A stretch of DNA of 64,000 bases from an uncultured Planktomarina sp. (GTDB lineage: Bacteria > Pseudomonadota > Alphaproteobacteria > Rhodobacterales > Rhodobacteraceae). Within the stretch, counting starts at the first letter, position 1, and the number at the start of each line of letters is the position of its first letter. Below are positions 27,051 to 37,592 of this stretch, piece by piece. Below the pieces are notes generated by a model. It worked only from the letters and a program-made list of their open reading frames with translations, was not told the origin of the DNA and did no database searches. The DNA lies in the NCBI RefSeq assembly GCF_951543265.1, contig NZ_CATOCO010000004.1. One strand, written 5' to 3'. The translations under genes and the position numbers were made by a program.

Positions 27051-27668
27051 TCACGATCCAGTCTGCACAGAGGCGCCGCCAAGCAGGACCCCATACATCA
27101 CAAAACAAATCGCCAGTCCGCGCCGCAGAGTCACGTTGAACACTTTTGCCATTGCTGAATTACCACAGGCAGCACCCAGAGCTGTATACCCGCTGTAGGA
27201 CAGAGCCGTGAGGCACAGAGCCGTTGGCATGATCATGGTCATCTGCTCCCAAATAGGCACATCTGGTTGCACAAATTGGCTGAAGGCTGCCAAATATCCC
27301 GCCACTGATTTCGCATTTATGCTGGCAATGGCCAAAGCCCGGCCATAGATTGATCCCACAGCTGGGTTCAACTTCGGCGGGGTTGCAGCTATCATCCAGC
27401 CACGAACCCCGAGAAAGATTAAGAATGCCGCACCAATAAATTTTACCATAGTAAATGCTGTAGATGAGGCCACCAACAGCGCCGATATGCCATAGGCCGA
27501 CAGTAGCAAAAATACAGTGGCTTGGGTTAGAATCGCCAGCACGCCCCAAAGACCCCGGCGCAGGCCCAAGCTCATGCCATTGCACATGCAGTTGACCGCA
27601 TTTGGCCCGGGCGTGACAACAAACATTGCCCAGAAGGTCGCAAATATTATCCAGCCCTGTAATGACAT
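27051..27668 (-). CDS. LysE/RhtB-family amino-acid exporter (second copy)
   Basis: N-terminal FATFWAMFVVTPGPNAV, characteristic of the LysE family. 205 aa. Confidence 0.75.
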   Translation of the reverse strand: MSLQGWIIFATFWAMFVVTPGPNAVNCMCNGMSLGLRRGLWGVLAILTQATVFLLLSAYGISALLVASSTAFTMVKFIGAAFLIFLGVRGWMIAATPPKLNPAVGSIYGRALAIASINAKSVAGYLAAFSQFVQPDVPIWEQMTMIMPTALCLTALSYSGYTALGAACGNSAMAKVFNVTLRRGLAICFVMYGVLLGGASVQTGS

Positions 27669-28237
27669 TAATACACCGGTGGGGCGATGACCCAGATCAC
27701 CTTACAGGGTTCGTCGGCAGGGTTTTCCCAGCGAAATTGCTCGCCCTTTATGCGAAAACTGTCGCCCGGGAACAGAGAAAACTCAGCGTCTCCAATCCAA
27801 AGTTTTAGTTGACCAGACAAAATATAGCCAACCTCTTGTGTCGGGCGCGACACAGCGGGAAACAGCTTTGCTCCCGGTTCGAAGGTGGAGTGCAGCATTT
27901 CAAAATCGTCAGTCAAATCTGGTGACAGCAACTCTTCTACCAGCCCCGCCTCACGGCTGCCAATGGGTCGTCGGCTGTCTTTGCGCACCACAAATCCCGC
28001 TTCATCCACCGGTGCAGGGCCCGTCCCAAACAACGAAGATACGGAGATATCAAGCGCTTTGGCCAGATATCGCAGATCATTGACTCCCGGCTCTGACTTG
28101 TCTCGCTCAACTTGGCTCAACCATCCGACGGATCGGCCAAGGATATCGGACAGATCCACAAGAGTCAGTCCCCGCGCTTTGCGCAAGGCCCGTATATCGG
28201 CACCAAGGGTGGCTGTGTCTGATCTCGTTTGATACAT
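27668..28237 (-). CDS. XRE-family HTH transcriptional regulator with C-terminal cupin domain
   Basis: HTH LGADIRALRKARGLTLVDLSDILGRSVGWLSQVERDK. Cupin-like C-terminus (GYILSGQLKLWIGD...PGDSFRI). Its stop overlaps the start of the LysE gene. Confidence 0.8.
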   Translation of the reverse strand: MYQTRSDTATLGADIRALRKARGLTLVDLSDILGRSVGWLSQVERDKSEPGVNDLRYLAKALDISVSSLFGTGPAPVDEAGFVVRKDSRRPIGSREAGLVEELLSPDLTDDFEMLHSTFEPGAKLFPAVSRPTQEVGYILSGQLKLWIGDAEFSLFPGDSFRIKGEQFRWENPADEPCKVIWVIAPPVY

Positions 28238-28309
28238 GATGTGAAATTATTCTTCGTTTTTTCATAATTACACGAGTTAGTGAAAAAAATCAAGAAAATT
28301 TCACAAGCT

Positions 28310-28765
28310 TTAACGTGCAAAAACCGTCGCAAGAATTTCGGCCAGAGAATCGGCATCAAGAACGGTAAATGCATCAAATTGATCGCTGTCGATATCCAAC
28401 ACCGCCAGCAATGTACCAGCACGATCCCAGACCGGCAAAACCAGCTCCGAACGGGTGGAACTGGCACAGGCGATATGGTCCGCAAAGGCCTTCACATCCG
28501 GAACCAATTGCGTCTCCCCGAGCCGCGCCGCCGCCCCACAAACACCGCGTGTGAATGGAATTTGCAAACAACCATGCCCGCCTTGATAGGGTCCGATCTT
28601 AAGCATTTCCGGCGATGTCACCCGGTAAAACCCGGTCCAGTCAAAACGGTCATCACTGTGATGCAGTTCACATACAACCGTGGCCATCAGCGCGATCATG
28701 TCGTCTTCGCCCTCGGTCAAGCTGGCTATGGTTTTGATAAGGGAGGTGTAATCAACTTGAGACAT
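28310..28765 (-). CDS. GAF-domain protein (free methionine-R-sulfoxide reductase / YebR-like)
   Basis: DWTGFYRV...GPYQGGHGCLQIPFTRGVCGAAA...DVKAFADHIACASSTRSELVLPV, the YebR-family pattern. Confidence 0.7.
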   Translation of the reverse strand: MSQVDYTSLIKTIASLTEGEDDMIALMATVVCELHHSDDRFDWTGFYRVTSPEMLKIGPYQGGHGCLQIPFTRGVCGAAARLGETQLVPDVKAFADHIACASSTRSELVLPVWDRAGTLLAVLDIDSDQFDAFTVLDADSLAEILATVFAR

Positions 28766-28776
28766 TGGTAGATCTC

Positions 28777-29955
28777 TCACAAACGCTCAATCGCAATGGC
28801 CGTACCTTCGCCACCACCAATGCAAATCGCAGCCACTCCGCGTTTAAGATCATGCCGCTCTAAAGCGTTCAGCAACGTCACAATAATTCTCGCACCAGAA
28901 GCACCTATTGGATGTCCCAAAGCACAGGCGCCGCCGTAGATATTCACAACATCAGGGCTCAGCGCCATCTTGTGCATAAAGGCCATTGGGACCACTGCGA
29001 AGGCTTCATTCACCTCCCAGAGATCAACATCCGAAACGCTCCAGCCCAGTTGATCCAAAAGCTTGCGCGCGGCAGGTACAGGCGCAGTTGTAAACCAACC
29101 GGGCGCTTGCGCATGGCTCGCATGACCCATGATCCGCGCCCTTGGTGCAAGGCCTCGCACATCGGCGGAGGTTTGGTTGGCCAAAACAAGGGCTGCAGCA
29201 CCGTCTGAAATCGAAGAAGAATTGGCCGCGGTAACCGTTCCGCCTTCACGAAACGCGGGTTTCAGATGTGGAATCTTTTCAGGGCGCGCATTACCAGGTT
29301 GTTCATCCACACCAATCTGCGCCGTGCCCTTACGCGTGGTCAAAGACACAGGCGCAATTTCAGCGGCAAAAGCACCGCTGGCTTGGGCCGCCACCGCGCG
29401 CTCCAAAGATCGCAGCGCATAGGCGTCTTGAGCCTCGCGGGTGAATTGGAAGTGCTTAGCGCAATCTTCGGCGAATGTGCCCATAAGCCGACCCTGATCA
29501 TAGGCATCTTCGAGACCATCCAGAAACATGCTGTCTTGAACCTGCCCATGACCCAACCGCGCGCCGCCGCGCATTTTCGGCAGGAGGTATGGCGCTCGCG
29601 TCATGCTTTCCATGCCACCTACAACTATGACTTGATCGCGGCCCATAGTTAGCTGGTCATAGCCCATCATTGTGGTTTTCATGCCAGAACCACACATTTT
29701 GTTGACCGTGGTGGCTGGTACGCCCTCCCCGAGGCCAGCTGCGAACCCTGCTTGCCGCGCCGGTGCTTGACCTTGACCTGCGGGTAAAACACAGCCCATC
29801 AAAAGCTCATCAACCTGTTCAGGAGAAACTTGTGCCGCCTCAAGTGCAGCTGCAATCGCCACGCCCCCCAATTGGCTGGCTGGCGCATCTGCAAAGGCAC
29901 CCTGTAATCCACCCATGGGCGTCCGACCGGTTCCAAGAATATAAACTGTTTCCAT
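28777..29955 (-). CDS. acetyl-CoA C-acyl/acetyltransferase (thiolase)
   Basis: VNKMCGSGMKT (active-site Cys), NEAFA, and C-terminal GGACALGHPIGASGARI...CIGGGEG. Start moved to METVYILG (29955). Confidence 0.88.
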   Translation of the reverse strand: METVYILGTGRTPMGGLQGAFADAPASQLGGVAIAAALEAAQVSPEQVDELLMGCVLPAGQGQAPARQAGFAAGLGEGVPATTVNKMCGSGMKTTMMGYDQLTMGRDQVIVVGGMESMTRAPYLLPKMRGGARLGHGQVQDSMFLDGLEDAYDQGRLMGTFAEDCAKHFQFTREAQDAYALRSLERAVAAQASGAFAAEIAPVSLTTRKGTAQIGVDEQPGNARPEKIPHLKPAFREGGTVTAANSSSISDGAAALVLANQTSADVRGLAPRARIMGHASHAQAPGWFTTAPVPAARKLLDQLGWSVSDVDLWEVNEAFAVVPMAFMHKMALSPDVVNIYGGACALGHPIGASGARIIVTLLNALERHDLKRGVAAICIGGGEGTAIAIERL

Positions 29956-30125
29956 CACAAACCCCAATTCAACACCGTTGGATAACTTATGCATTGCTCC
30001 GCCCCCTCGACACAAGGGTGAGCATCATCCGGGCTGTTGTGTCGCAATCTTGGCGGAAGCTCTCGCCACTGCTAGTAAAGTCGCTATGGTTGATCAACAA
30101 TTGATTTATTGAGGCACTTGATCCC

Positions 30126-31703
30126 ATGCGTGACTTCCACCTTCCCGGCCGTTCTGCGGTTTATGCAACCAACGGCATGTGCGCAACGTCGCATCCCTTG
30201 GCCGCCACCGCAGCTCTCGACATCTTAAAATCTGGCGGAAACGCAGTCGATGCGGCCATTGCTGGCGCTGTGTTGCTAGGTATTTGTGAGCCACAGATGA
30301 CCGGTTTGGGCGGTGACATGTTTGCACTCATTCAAAAAGACCCGAGCGCCGATGTTGTGGCGCTCAATGGATCAGGGCGCGCGCCACAGGCTGCAAATGC
30401 AACAGCCTTGCGGGCCAAAGGGTTGAGCACCATACCGCTGCACAGCGCTGAGGCCATTACGGTTCCCGGCGCAGTGGACGGATTTTGCCGCATGGCAGAG
30501 GATTTCGGGAACCTAAGTTTGGGCGACATATTGGCCCCTGCTATTCACTACGCCCGCACTGGTATTCCAGTGGCACCAAGGGTCGCCTTTGATTGGGACC
30601 TCAGCGCTGCATTGTTGCAAGGCACCGCTCGGGACAAATTCCTAATTGCGGGCGCAGCCCCAAAAGTTGGCCAACTCTTTGCGTCGCCCTGCCAAGCAGA
30701 CGCGCTAGAGTGCATCACGGCCAATGGCCGCGACGGCTTTTACGCCGGAGCAGTCGCCAAAGATATGGTCGCCAGCCTTCAAGCCGTTGGTGGCAGCCAC
30801 AGCATGGAAGATTTTGCAGCAACCAAAGCCACCTATGGCACTCCTCTGCGCAGCAGCTACCAAGGGATAGAGATGCTAGAGCATCCGGCCAATGGCCAAG
30901 GCGCAACGGCGCTGTTGATGCTCAATATGATGAAACATTTTGACATCGCCAATATGGATCCATTTGGTGCAGAGCGCGCCCACATTGAGGCAGAAATCTC
31001 TAAACTGGCTTATGACGCCCGCAATCGTTTTATTGCTGATGCGAATTACACTACGCGCATCGCGCATATGTTGGCCGCCGAAACCGCCACGAATCTGGCG
31101 GCTTTGATTGATCCAAGCCGCTCAATGGCGGACCCTTCCAGTTTGTCCGAGGCCGTTCATAAAGACACCATCTATATCACTGTCGTGGATAAAAATCAGA
31201 TGGCGGTTTCGCTGATTTATTCCATCTTCCACGCCTTCGGCTCTGGCATTGCCTCCGAGAAATACGGCATCTTATTCCAAAACCGAGGTGCAGGGTTTAC
31301 CCTAGAGCAGGGCCATCCCAATGAGCTGGCAGGCGGCAAACGCCCGATGCACACAATCATACCCGGCATGCTGGCGGAAAATGGCAGGGTGACAATGCCA
31401 TTCGGCGTTATGGGCGGCGCATATCAGCCCAACGGCCACGCTCGCTTGCTGTCAAATATGGTTGATTTCGGCATGGACAATCAAACAGCCATTGATGCGC
31501 CAAGATGTTTTTCTGACCGAGGCCTTATGAAAGTGGAACGCGGCTACGTATCACAGGTACATCAAACCCTTGCTGACATGGGTCACAAAGTTGAGATTCC
31601 AGCTGGACCAATTGGGGGTGCTCAGGCAATATTAATTGGTAAAGATGGCGTTCTACAAGGCGCATCCGATCCTCGAAAAGATGGCTGTGCCTTGGGATAT
31701 TAA
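30126..31703 (+). CDS. gamma-glutamyltransferase family protein (no signal peptide)
   Basis: ATSHPLAATAALDILKSGGNAVDAA..., GLGGDMF, and the nucleophile region GKRPMHTIIPGM. Confidence 0.85.
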   Translation: MRDFHLPGRSAVYATNGMCATSHPLAATAALDILKSGGNAVDAAIAGAVLLGICEPQMTGLGGDMFALIQKDPSADVVALNGSGRAPQAANATALRAKGLSTIPLHSAEAITVPGAVDGFCRMAEDFGNLSLGDILAPAIHYARTGIPVAPRVAFDWDLSAALLQGTARDKFLIAGAAPKVGQLFASPCQADALECITANGRDGFYAGAVAKDMVASLQAVGGSHSMEDFAATKATYGTPLRSSYQGIEMLEHPANGQGATALLMLNMMKHFDIANMDPFGAERAHIEAEISKLAYDARNRFIADANYTTRIAHMLAAETATNLAALIDPSRSMADPSSLSEAVHKDTIYITVVDKNQMAVSLIYSIFHAFGSGIASEKYGILFQNRGAGFTLEQGHPNELAGGKRPMHTIIPGMLAENGRVTMPFGVMGGAYQPNGHARLLSNMVDFGMDNQTAIDAPRCFSDRGLMKVERGYVSQVHQTLADMGHKVEIPAGPIGGAQAILIGKDGVLQGASDPRKDGCALGY

Positions 31704-31715
31704 AGGCTAAAAGCC

Positions 31716-32039
31716 TTAATTGAGCTGAAACTGTAGCGGATAGGCTCCGTTTTCGAATGGGCCAAATATATCTTCAATATCGGGATGATCCACCGGATCG
31801 CCCGATACATCCGCCATCAAATTTTGCTCAGAGACATAGGCAATGTAATAGCTCTGATCATTTTCAGCCAGCAGATGATAAAATGGCTGATCTTTCACGG
31901 GCCGCGCCTCTTCGGGAATCGCCGCGTACCATTCATCGGTATTAGAAAACTCTGGATCCACATCAAAAATAACGCCCCGAAAGGGGTGTTTTTTATGGCA
32001 AACCACTTGGCCCAAATAATATTTCGCTTCAGCTTGCAC
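31716..32039 (-). CDS. hspQ: heat-shock protein HspQ / hemimethylated-DNA-binding YccV family
   Basis: YYLGQVVCHKKHPFRGVIFDVDPEF...QPFYHLLAEN...YVSEQNL, the typical HspQ pattern. 107 aa. Confidence 0.8.
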   Translation of the reverse strand: MQAEAKYYLGQVVCHKKHPFRGVIFDVDPEFSNTDEWYAAIPEEARPVKDQPFYHLLAENDQSYYIAYVSEQNLMADVSGDPVDHPDIEDIFGPFENGAYPLQFQLN

Positions 32040-32247
32040 GGTGCACCCTTTTCTAGAGGCTTCCTCTTACTTGATTTATGCCTGAAATGTCTATGCGTTC
32101 AAGACAATTTGATTGAGCCGAGACCCGAGACACCATTTCGCTAAGCTCCCAGTGTGTTTAGACATTCACATCGTTGCAAAATCATTTTGGAATTGGTATG
32201 TTTTCCGTAATAAACTAATAAAAATAATAAAAATTGCGAGCGGCACC

Positions 32248-32838
32248 ATGAGCAGTATCCTTCGCGCCTTGATTTTGGTGACCCTGCTAGCCGGGTGTTC
32301 CTTTCCTGGCGGCAATGTGAATGCACCTAGAAATTTGGACAATGCTTGTTCAATTTTGGATCAAAGACGCAGTTTCCTTCCCGCATTTAAGGCCGCCAAA
32401 CGCAAATATGGCGTTCCGATTTCTGTGCAAATGGCAATTATTTGGCAGGAAAGTAAATTCAAGGCCAAGGCTAAAACCCCACGTAAATATACGCTTTGGG
32501 TGATCCCTACTGGCCGTCAAAGCTCCGCCTATGGCTATTCACAGGCTCTGGATGGCACATGGAAGGAATATAAAGCAAGTGCCGGGCGTTGGGGCGCCAG
32601 CCGCACCAGCATTCGCGATTCTGCTGACTTTATGGGCTGGTATATGGCAGGCAACCGTCGCGAGCTTGGCATCTCCATGTCCGATACCCGCAACCAATAT
32701 TTAGCATATCATGAGGGCCGCTCCGGATACCGTCGCGGGTCTTACAAATCAAAACGCTGGCTGCTGAATGTTGCGAACAAACTAGAAGATCGCGCGATTA
32801 TGTATCACGTTCAATTGCAGCGCTGCGGCAAGACCTAA
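32248..32838 (+). CDS. lipoprotein with lytic-transglycosylase (SLT)-like motif
   Basis: Lipobox LLAGCS. AIIWQESKFKAKAK (catalytic-Glu context) and YGYSQALDGTW. Start moved to ATG 32248. Confidence 0.55.
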   Translation: MSSILRALILVTLLAGCSFPGGNVNAPRNLDNACSILDQRRSFLPAFKAAKRKYGVPISVQMAIIWQESKFKAKAKTPRKYTLWVIPTGRQSSAYGYSQALDGTWKEYKASAGRWGASRTSIRDSADFMGWYMAGNRRELGISMSDTRNQYLAYHEGRSGYRRGSYKSKRWLLNVANKLEDRAIMYHVQLQRCGKT

Positions 32839-32866
32839 CAACAAAAGCGGGTTAAATCAGCCCACT

Positions 32867-33454
32867 TTAATTTGCCCGCCGTTGCATTTCTGCTTGTATG
32901 TTGAATAGGATGCTTGGCATCTTGTGACCTTGCGTCCAATCTCCCAAAACAATCTGAGTTTTGCTGCCGGAATTATCATCGACGATCCATTGATGCAGTT
33001 GCACAGGATTATCGGTGAAGACCAATTGTATAAACCCATATTCAGGACGATCAGGATCTTGCAGTGTGATCAAGGTGCGAGGACCATCGCTGGTATGTGC
33101 CACCACCATATCACGCCGCGCCAAATCAACGTTGCGCTCAAGAACCAAGCTCAAAGGTGTTTGGTTAAGTGGAAAGCGGGTTGGCTCAGAATTCGCCTTG
33201 GGATCAAACACCGCAACCTGTCCGCCACCGACAACAACCAAGGCCAGATTAGGGGGATCATATTCAAACCGAATTCTGCCGGGCCGTTTGATGTACATTC
33301 GCCCCAAGGATTGATTGCCATCGTCACTGTTTTGAATGAACGCAGCTTCAGCGGAGGTCATCGCATTAAAGTAAGAAGACACCGCGTCCAAGCTAAGCTT
33401 TTCGGCTGATGCGGGCGCTGCGATCAGCAACATGATGACAATAAATTTTTTCAT
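32867..33454 (-). CDS. lolA: outer-membrane lipoprotein carrier LolA
   Basis: Signal peptide plus F-Q...G-MYIKRPGRIRFEYDPP pattern. Adjacent to ftsK. Confidence 0.75.
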   Translation of the reverse strand: MKKFIVIMLLIAAPASAEKLSLDAVSSYFNAMTSAEAAFIQNSDDGNQSLGRMYIKRPGRIRFEYDPPNLALVVVGGGQVAVFDPKANSEPTRFPLNQTPLSLVLERNVDLARRDMVVAHTSDGPRTLITLQDPDRPEYGFIQLVFTDNPVQLHQWIVDDNSGSKTQIVLGDWTQGHKMPSILFNIQAEMQRRAN

Positions 33455-33539
33455 GATTCATCCTACCGCGATATGACACAGCGCCGAAAGCCCGCTCCTG
33501 TCACAATTACGTCAGGTCGGGGCCTTCGGCAAAACTTTG

Positions 33540-36350
33540 CTAGTTTTGTTCGGGCATCAATATCTCGCGTTTGCCAACATGGTTGGCCGCGCTGACCAAT
33601 CCATTGTCTTCCATTTGCTCGACCAAACGCGCCGCCTTGTTATATCCGATCGCCAATTTGCGCTGGATGTAACTGGTGGAGCATTTCCGATCTTTGGCTA
33701 CGATTTGTACAGCGGTGTCATAGAGCGCATCTTCCATATCGGTATTGCCGCCCAACCCCAAGATAGCATCAATGTCGCTCTCTTTGTCATCGATGGAGCC
33801 CTCAACGACACCCGAAAGATAGGTCGGCGGTCCGAAGGTTTTGAGATGGTTGACTACGTCTTCGACTTCTTCATCGGAACAAAACGGCCCATGCACCCGC
33901 GTAATCTTGCCACCTCCAGCCATGTAAAGCATGTCGCCCATGCCCAAAAGCTGCTCTGCGCCCATTTCACCTAGGATCGTGCGACTATCGACTTTTGACG
34001 TCACTTGAAACGAAATTCGTGTGGGGAAGTTAGCCTTGATGGTACCGGTGATCACATCCACAGAAGGCCGCTGTGTCGCCATGATAATATGAATACCAGA
34101 GGCTCGCGCCATTTGCGCCAAACGCTGGATACAGGCTTCAATTTCCTTGCCCGCCACCATCATCAAGTCGGCCATCTCATCCACGATCACTACGATATAT
34201 GGCAATGTCTCTGGATCAAATTTTTCCGTTTCAAACAGTGGTTCGCCGGTGCCATCATCAAAACCGGTTTGCACGGTACGGCTGAACATTTCACCCTTAG
34301 ACAAAGCATCTTTCACCCGGCTGTTATAACCATCAATATTTCTTACGCCCATTTTTGACATTTTGCGGTAGCGATCTTCCATCTCGCCCACAGTCCATTT
34401 CAAGGCAACCACGGCCTTCTTTGGATCTGTGACAACAGGGCTAAGCAGATGCGGAATGCCGTCATAGACACTCAATTCCAGCATCTTGGGATCAATCATG
34501 ATCATTCGGCATTCATCAGGCGTCAAACGATAAAGCAGCGATAAAATCATCGTATTGATCGCCACAGATTTACCGGAGCCGGTGGTCCCCGCGATCAGCA
34601 AGTGAGGCATTTTCGCGAGGTTGGCCACGATAGGCTCACCACCAATATCTTTGCCCAAAGCCAAGGGCAGGCGCATATTCGCATCCCCAAATTCACGGGC
34701 AGAAAGAATTTCACGCAAAGCGCACATTTCGCGGTGTTCATTGGGCAGTTCAATCCCAATGACTGAACGGCCAGGAACGGTGCTCACCCGAGCTGAAAGC
34801 GCCGACATTGAGCGCGCAATATCGTCAGACAGGCCGATCACTCGGCTGGCTTTCAAGCCTGGCGCAGGTTCCAGCTCATACATAGTTACAACAGGACCCG
34901 GGCGCACACTGACAATCTCGCCCTTGACGCCATAATCGTCCAAAACGCTTTCCAGCATACGCGCATTGGCTTCCAACGCATCGTCACTCAGCACATGGCG
35001 CTCGATGGATGATGGGCTCATCAAAAGTCGAAGTGGTGGTTTTTCGTAAGTCTTCTCGGAGCCCGAAGGCTCAAATTCTAATTTTGGCTGAGCTTCTGCA
35101 ATCGCCTGAGCTGACGGTTGGATTGGTCGTTTTAAGGCATGCTGTACAACTTGTTTCGGCTGCACCGTGAGCGGTGGATCAACGGCATAGGACGGAATTT
35201 GAATTTCGGAATCTGCAAGATACTCATCATCCAGAATGTCCGTATCGTCTTCCATAAATGGCGCTTCCGAAACCGGATGCTGCAAAACCATTGGCACAGG
35301 CCCCATCGGGCGGCCCGGTTTTGCGGTAACAATAGGAGTTTGACCTTGAGCTGTCAAAGCAGCCTGCGGATCGCGGGAGCGAATGGCATCCGTAATCTTG
35401 CCGCGAATGCGGTCCTCAAACGGGTCTTCGGACGTGCCTTTAGTGTTTGCTTGCAATTGCGGTTTTGCGTTAAGCTCAGGCGTTCGTTTCAGCATAGACG
35501 GCACGCGAGCAAAGAGTGATTTCGACACCCACGGCTCAACGGGCAACGGCAAAGCTGCAGAAGTCGTGGGCATCGCTGGGTTGGCACGAATTACTGACGC
35601 GACGCGGGCAGCTTCGCTGCGCGATACAGGATTGAAGTTTGGTTCATGTTGCAATTGCGCGCGGTTTTCCTGACGGGTTCGTAGCCCCTGCGCCCCACGC
35701 GATACACCGCTTGAAAGCAAAGACAGCACAAACATCAAAAATCGGCTGCCCGCCAAGTTGATGGCACGAAAACTGGTTTTGATTTCACCGAACACCAGCC
35801 CCGTCACATAGCCCCCCAGGAGCAAGACCAGAGCCCCTAAAATCAACGCAACGATATTGGCGCCCAATGCCGCTGATCCGGGCAGGATTTGCAACAACAT
35901 GAATAAAACTGTGTCACCGAATAGACCGCCCATTGAAAAACTATGAGCCCAGCTGGATATTGGGTTGAGAGTTGCCGCATAAAGAGAGCACAGGGCCCAG
36001 AAGATTGGAGCATAAATCAACCGCATTAACATGCGTTCGGCCCCCATATGCGTGATCAAACGCAATCCCCATACCACAAAGGCAATAGGTATACCCCAGC
36101 TTCCAAGTCCCATGATTTTGATCAAAGGTGCCGAAATTGTGGCGCCAATTTGGCCGGCCCAATTTGCGATCTCACGCCCGCCTGAGGCGATCCAGGCAGA
36201 ATCTTCTGGCGAATAGCTAGCAAGGGCGAGTGCAAACATAACACCTACCGCTAAAATCACTAAACCAAGAGCCTCAACGCCCCGCCTTTCTAAAAAAGCT
36301 TGGGTCGATGCGTCCAAAAGCGGATCACGTCCGCGGGTTGGATAAGCCAT
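33540..36350 (-). CDS. ftsK: DNA translocase FtsK
   Basis: N-terminal TM domain, Pro/Gln-rich linker, motor domain with Walker [18 protein letters not shown], and a C-terminal gamma (winged-helix) domain ...[24 protein letters not shown]. Confidence 0.95.
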   Translation of the reverse strand: MAYPTRGRDPLLDASTQAFLERRGVEALGLVILAVGVMFALALASYSPEDSAWIASGGREIANWAGQIGATISAPLIKIMGLGSWGIPIAFVVWGLRLITHMGAERMLMRLIYAPIFWALCSLYAATLNPISSWAHSFSMGGLFGDTVLFMLLQILPGSAALGANIVALILGALVLLLGGYVTGLVFGEIKTSFRAINLAGSRFLMFVLSLLSSGVSRGAQGLRTRQENRAQLQHEPNFNPVSRSEAARVASVIRANPAMPTTSAALPLPVEPWVSKSLFARVPSMLKRTPELNAKPQLQANTKGTSEDPFEDRIRGKITDAIRSRDPQAALTAQGQTPIVTAKPGRPMGPVPMVLQHPVSEAPFMEDDTDILDDEYLADSEIQIPSYAVDPPLTVQPKQVVQHALKRPIQPSAQAIAEAQPKLEFEPSGSEKTYEKPPLRLLMSPSSIERHVLSDDALEANARMLESVLDDYGVKGEIVSVRPGPVVTMYELEPAPGLKASRVIGLSDDIARSMSALSARVSTVPGRSVIGIELPNEHREMCALREILSAREFGDANMRLPLALGKDIGGEPIVANLAKMPHLLIAGTTGSGKSVAINTMILSLLYRLTPDECRMIMIDPKMLELSVYDGIPHLLSPVVTDPKKAVVALKWTVGEMEDRYRKMSKMGVRNIDGYNSRVKDALSKGEMFSRTVQTGFDDGTGEPLFETEKFDPETLPYIVVIVDEMADLMMVAGKEIEACIQRLAQMARASGIHIIMATQRPSVDVITGTIKANFPTRISFQVTSKVDSRTILGEMGAEQLLGMGDMLYMAGGGKITRVHGPFCSDEEVEDVVNHLKTFGPPTYLSGVVEGSIDDKESDIDAILGLGGNTDMEDALYDTAVQIVAKDRKCSTSYIQRKLAIGYNKAARLVEQMEDNGLVSAANHVGKREILMPEQN

Positions 36351-36363
36351 TTATACCTCAACA

Positions 36364-37527
36364 TCATTTATACAGACAGTCGCGCATAAGAGTTAACCCG
36401 CGCTGCATTTCTTCTTTTGGAGCCACCAAAGCGACTCGGACGTAGCCAGACCCAGGGTTCTGCTCGTTTGCGACTTGCCCCAGATATGATCCTGGTAGCA
36501 CCCGCACCCCTGTTTCGATCCAAAGTTTCACTGCTGCAGCTTCATCGTCTTCGACTGGCAACCACAAGAAAAACCCGGCTTCTGGCGAATTATAGGACTG
36601 AATCTCGGCAAAAATGTGGTCCGCCGCCTCAAATTTGCCACAATAGAGTTGCCGGTTGGCAACAACGTGATCTTCATCTGCCCATACCTTAGCAGAAACA
36701 TGCTGAATAGGTCCAGCGATAGGACAACCCGCATAAGCGCGCAGCTGTTTGATTCGTGCAATATTTTTACGACCCGAGGCCACAAAGCCAGATCGAAGCC
36801 CCGGCAGGTTTGAACGTTTTGACAAAGAATGGAACACCACAATCCGCTCAGGATCAGCACCCATCCTTGCTGCAACCTCTAAGGCTCCCGGAGGTGGGGC
36901 GTTGCGATAGATCTCACTATAGCATTCATCGGCAAAGATTTTGAAGTCATAGGTCTCAGCTAATATGATCAAGCGCGCCCAATATTCCGCACTGGCCACA
37001 GCGCCCTGCGGGTTGGACGGAGAGCATAAAAAAAAGGCTGATGTCTCGCTCAGCTCGGCCGGCGTCAGCGCGTCAAGATCTGGCAAAAATCCTGTTTGAG
37101 CATGCGCTGGAAGGTAAACTGACTGCGCGCCCACAGCCATAGCTGCAACCGTATAAACTTGATAAAATGGGTTTGGGATTAGAACTTTAGACCCTGTAGG
37201 ACAAAGTGCAACAACAGCATTAAACAGCCCTTCTCTTGTGCCATTAAGTGCCATAATTTGGGCGTCGGAATCCAAATCGATGCCATAGCGGCGTTGCAGA
37301 AATCCAGCGATAGACCCGCGCAATTCCGGTGTGCCGTTGTTGTCAGGATAGCTGTTGAATTGTCCTAAAGCGTCGTTCAGAGTTGGACCGACCCACTCGG
37401 GAAATTTATGCTTAGGCTCCCCAATGGTCATATTGATGACCTCACCGCCCGCCGCATGCCCGTCCAGCAAGGCGCGCAAACGCGGCCAAGTAGCTGTGGG
37501 CAAAGCATCAAATCGGTTGGGCATCAT
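36364..37527 (-). CDS. class I/II PLP-dependent aminotransferase (DapC-like)
   Basis: PLP-lysine region FHSLSKRSNLPGLRSGF. 387 aa. Confidence 0.7.
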   Translation of the reverse strand: MMPNRFDALPTATWPRLRALLDGHAAGGEVINMTIGEPKHKFPEWVGPTLNDALGQFNSYPDNNGTPELRGSIAGFLQRRYGIDLDSDAQIMALNGTREGLFNAVVALCPTGSKVLIPNPFYQVYTVAAMAVGAQSVYLPAHAQTGFLPDLDALTPAELSETSAFFLCSPSNPQGAVASAEYWARLIILAETYDFKIFADECYSEIYRNAPPPGALEVAARMGADPERIVVFHSLSKRSNLPGLRSGFVASGRKNIARIKQLRAYAGCPIAGPIQHVSAKVWADEDHVVANRQLYCGKFEAADHIFAEIQSYNSPEAGFFLWLPVEDDEAAAVKLWIETGVRVLPGSYLGQVANEQNPGSGYVRVALVAPKEEMQRGLTLMRDCLYK

Positions 37528-37592
37528 GAATTATATCCTCTTAATTACTGGATTAGGCCAGCCAGCGCACCACTGCAAATCGAAAAGTAGTA

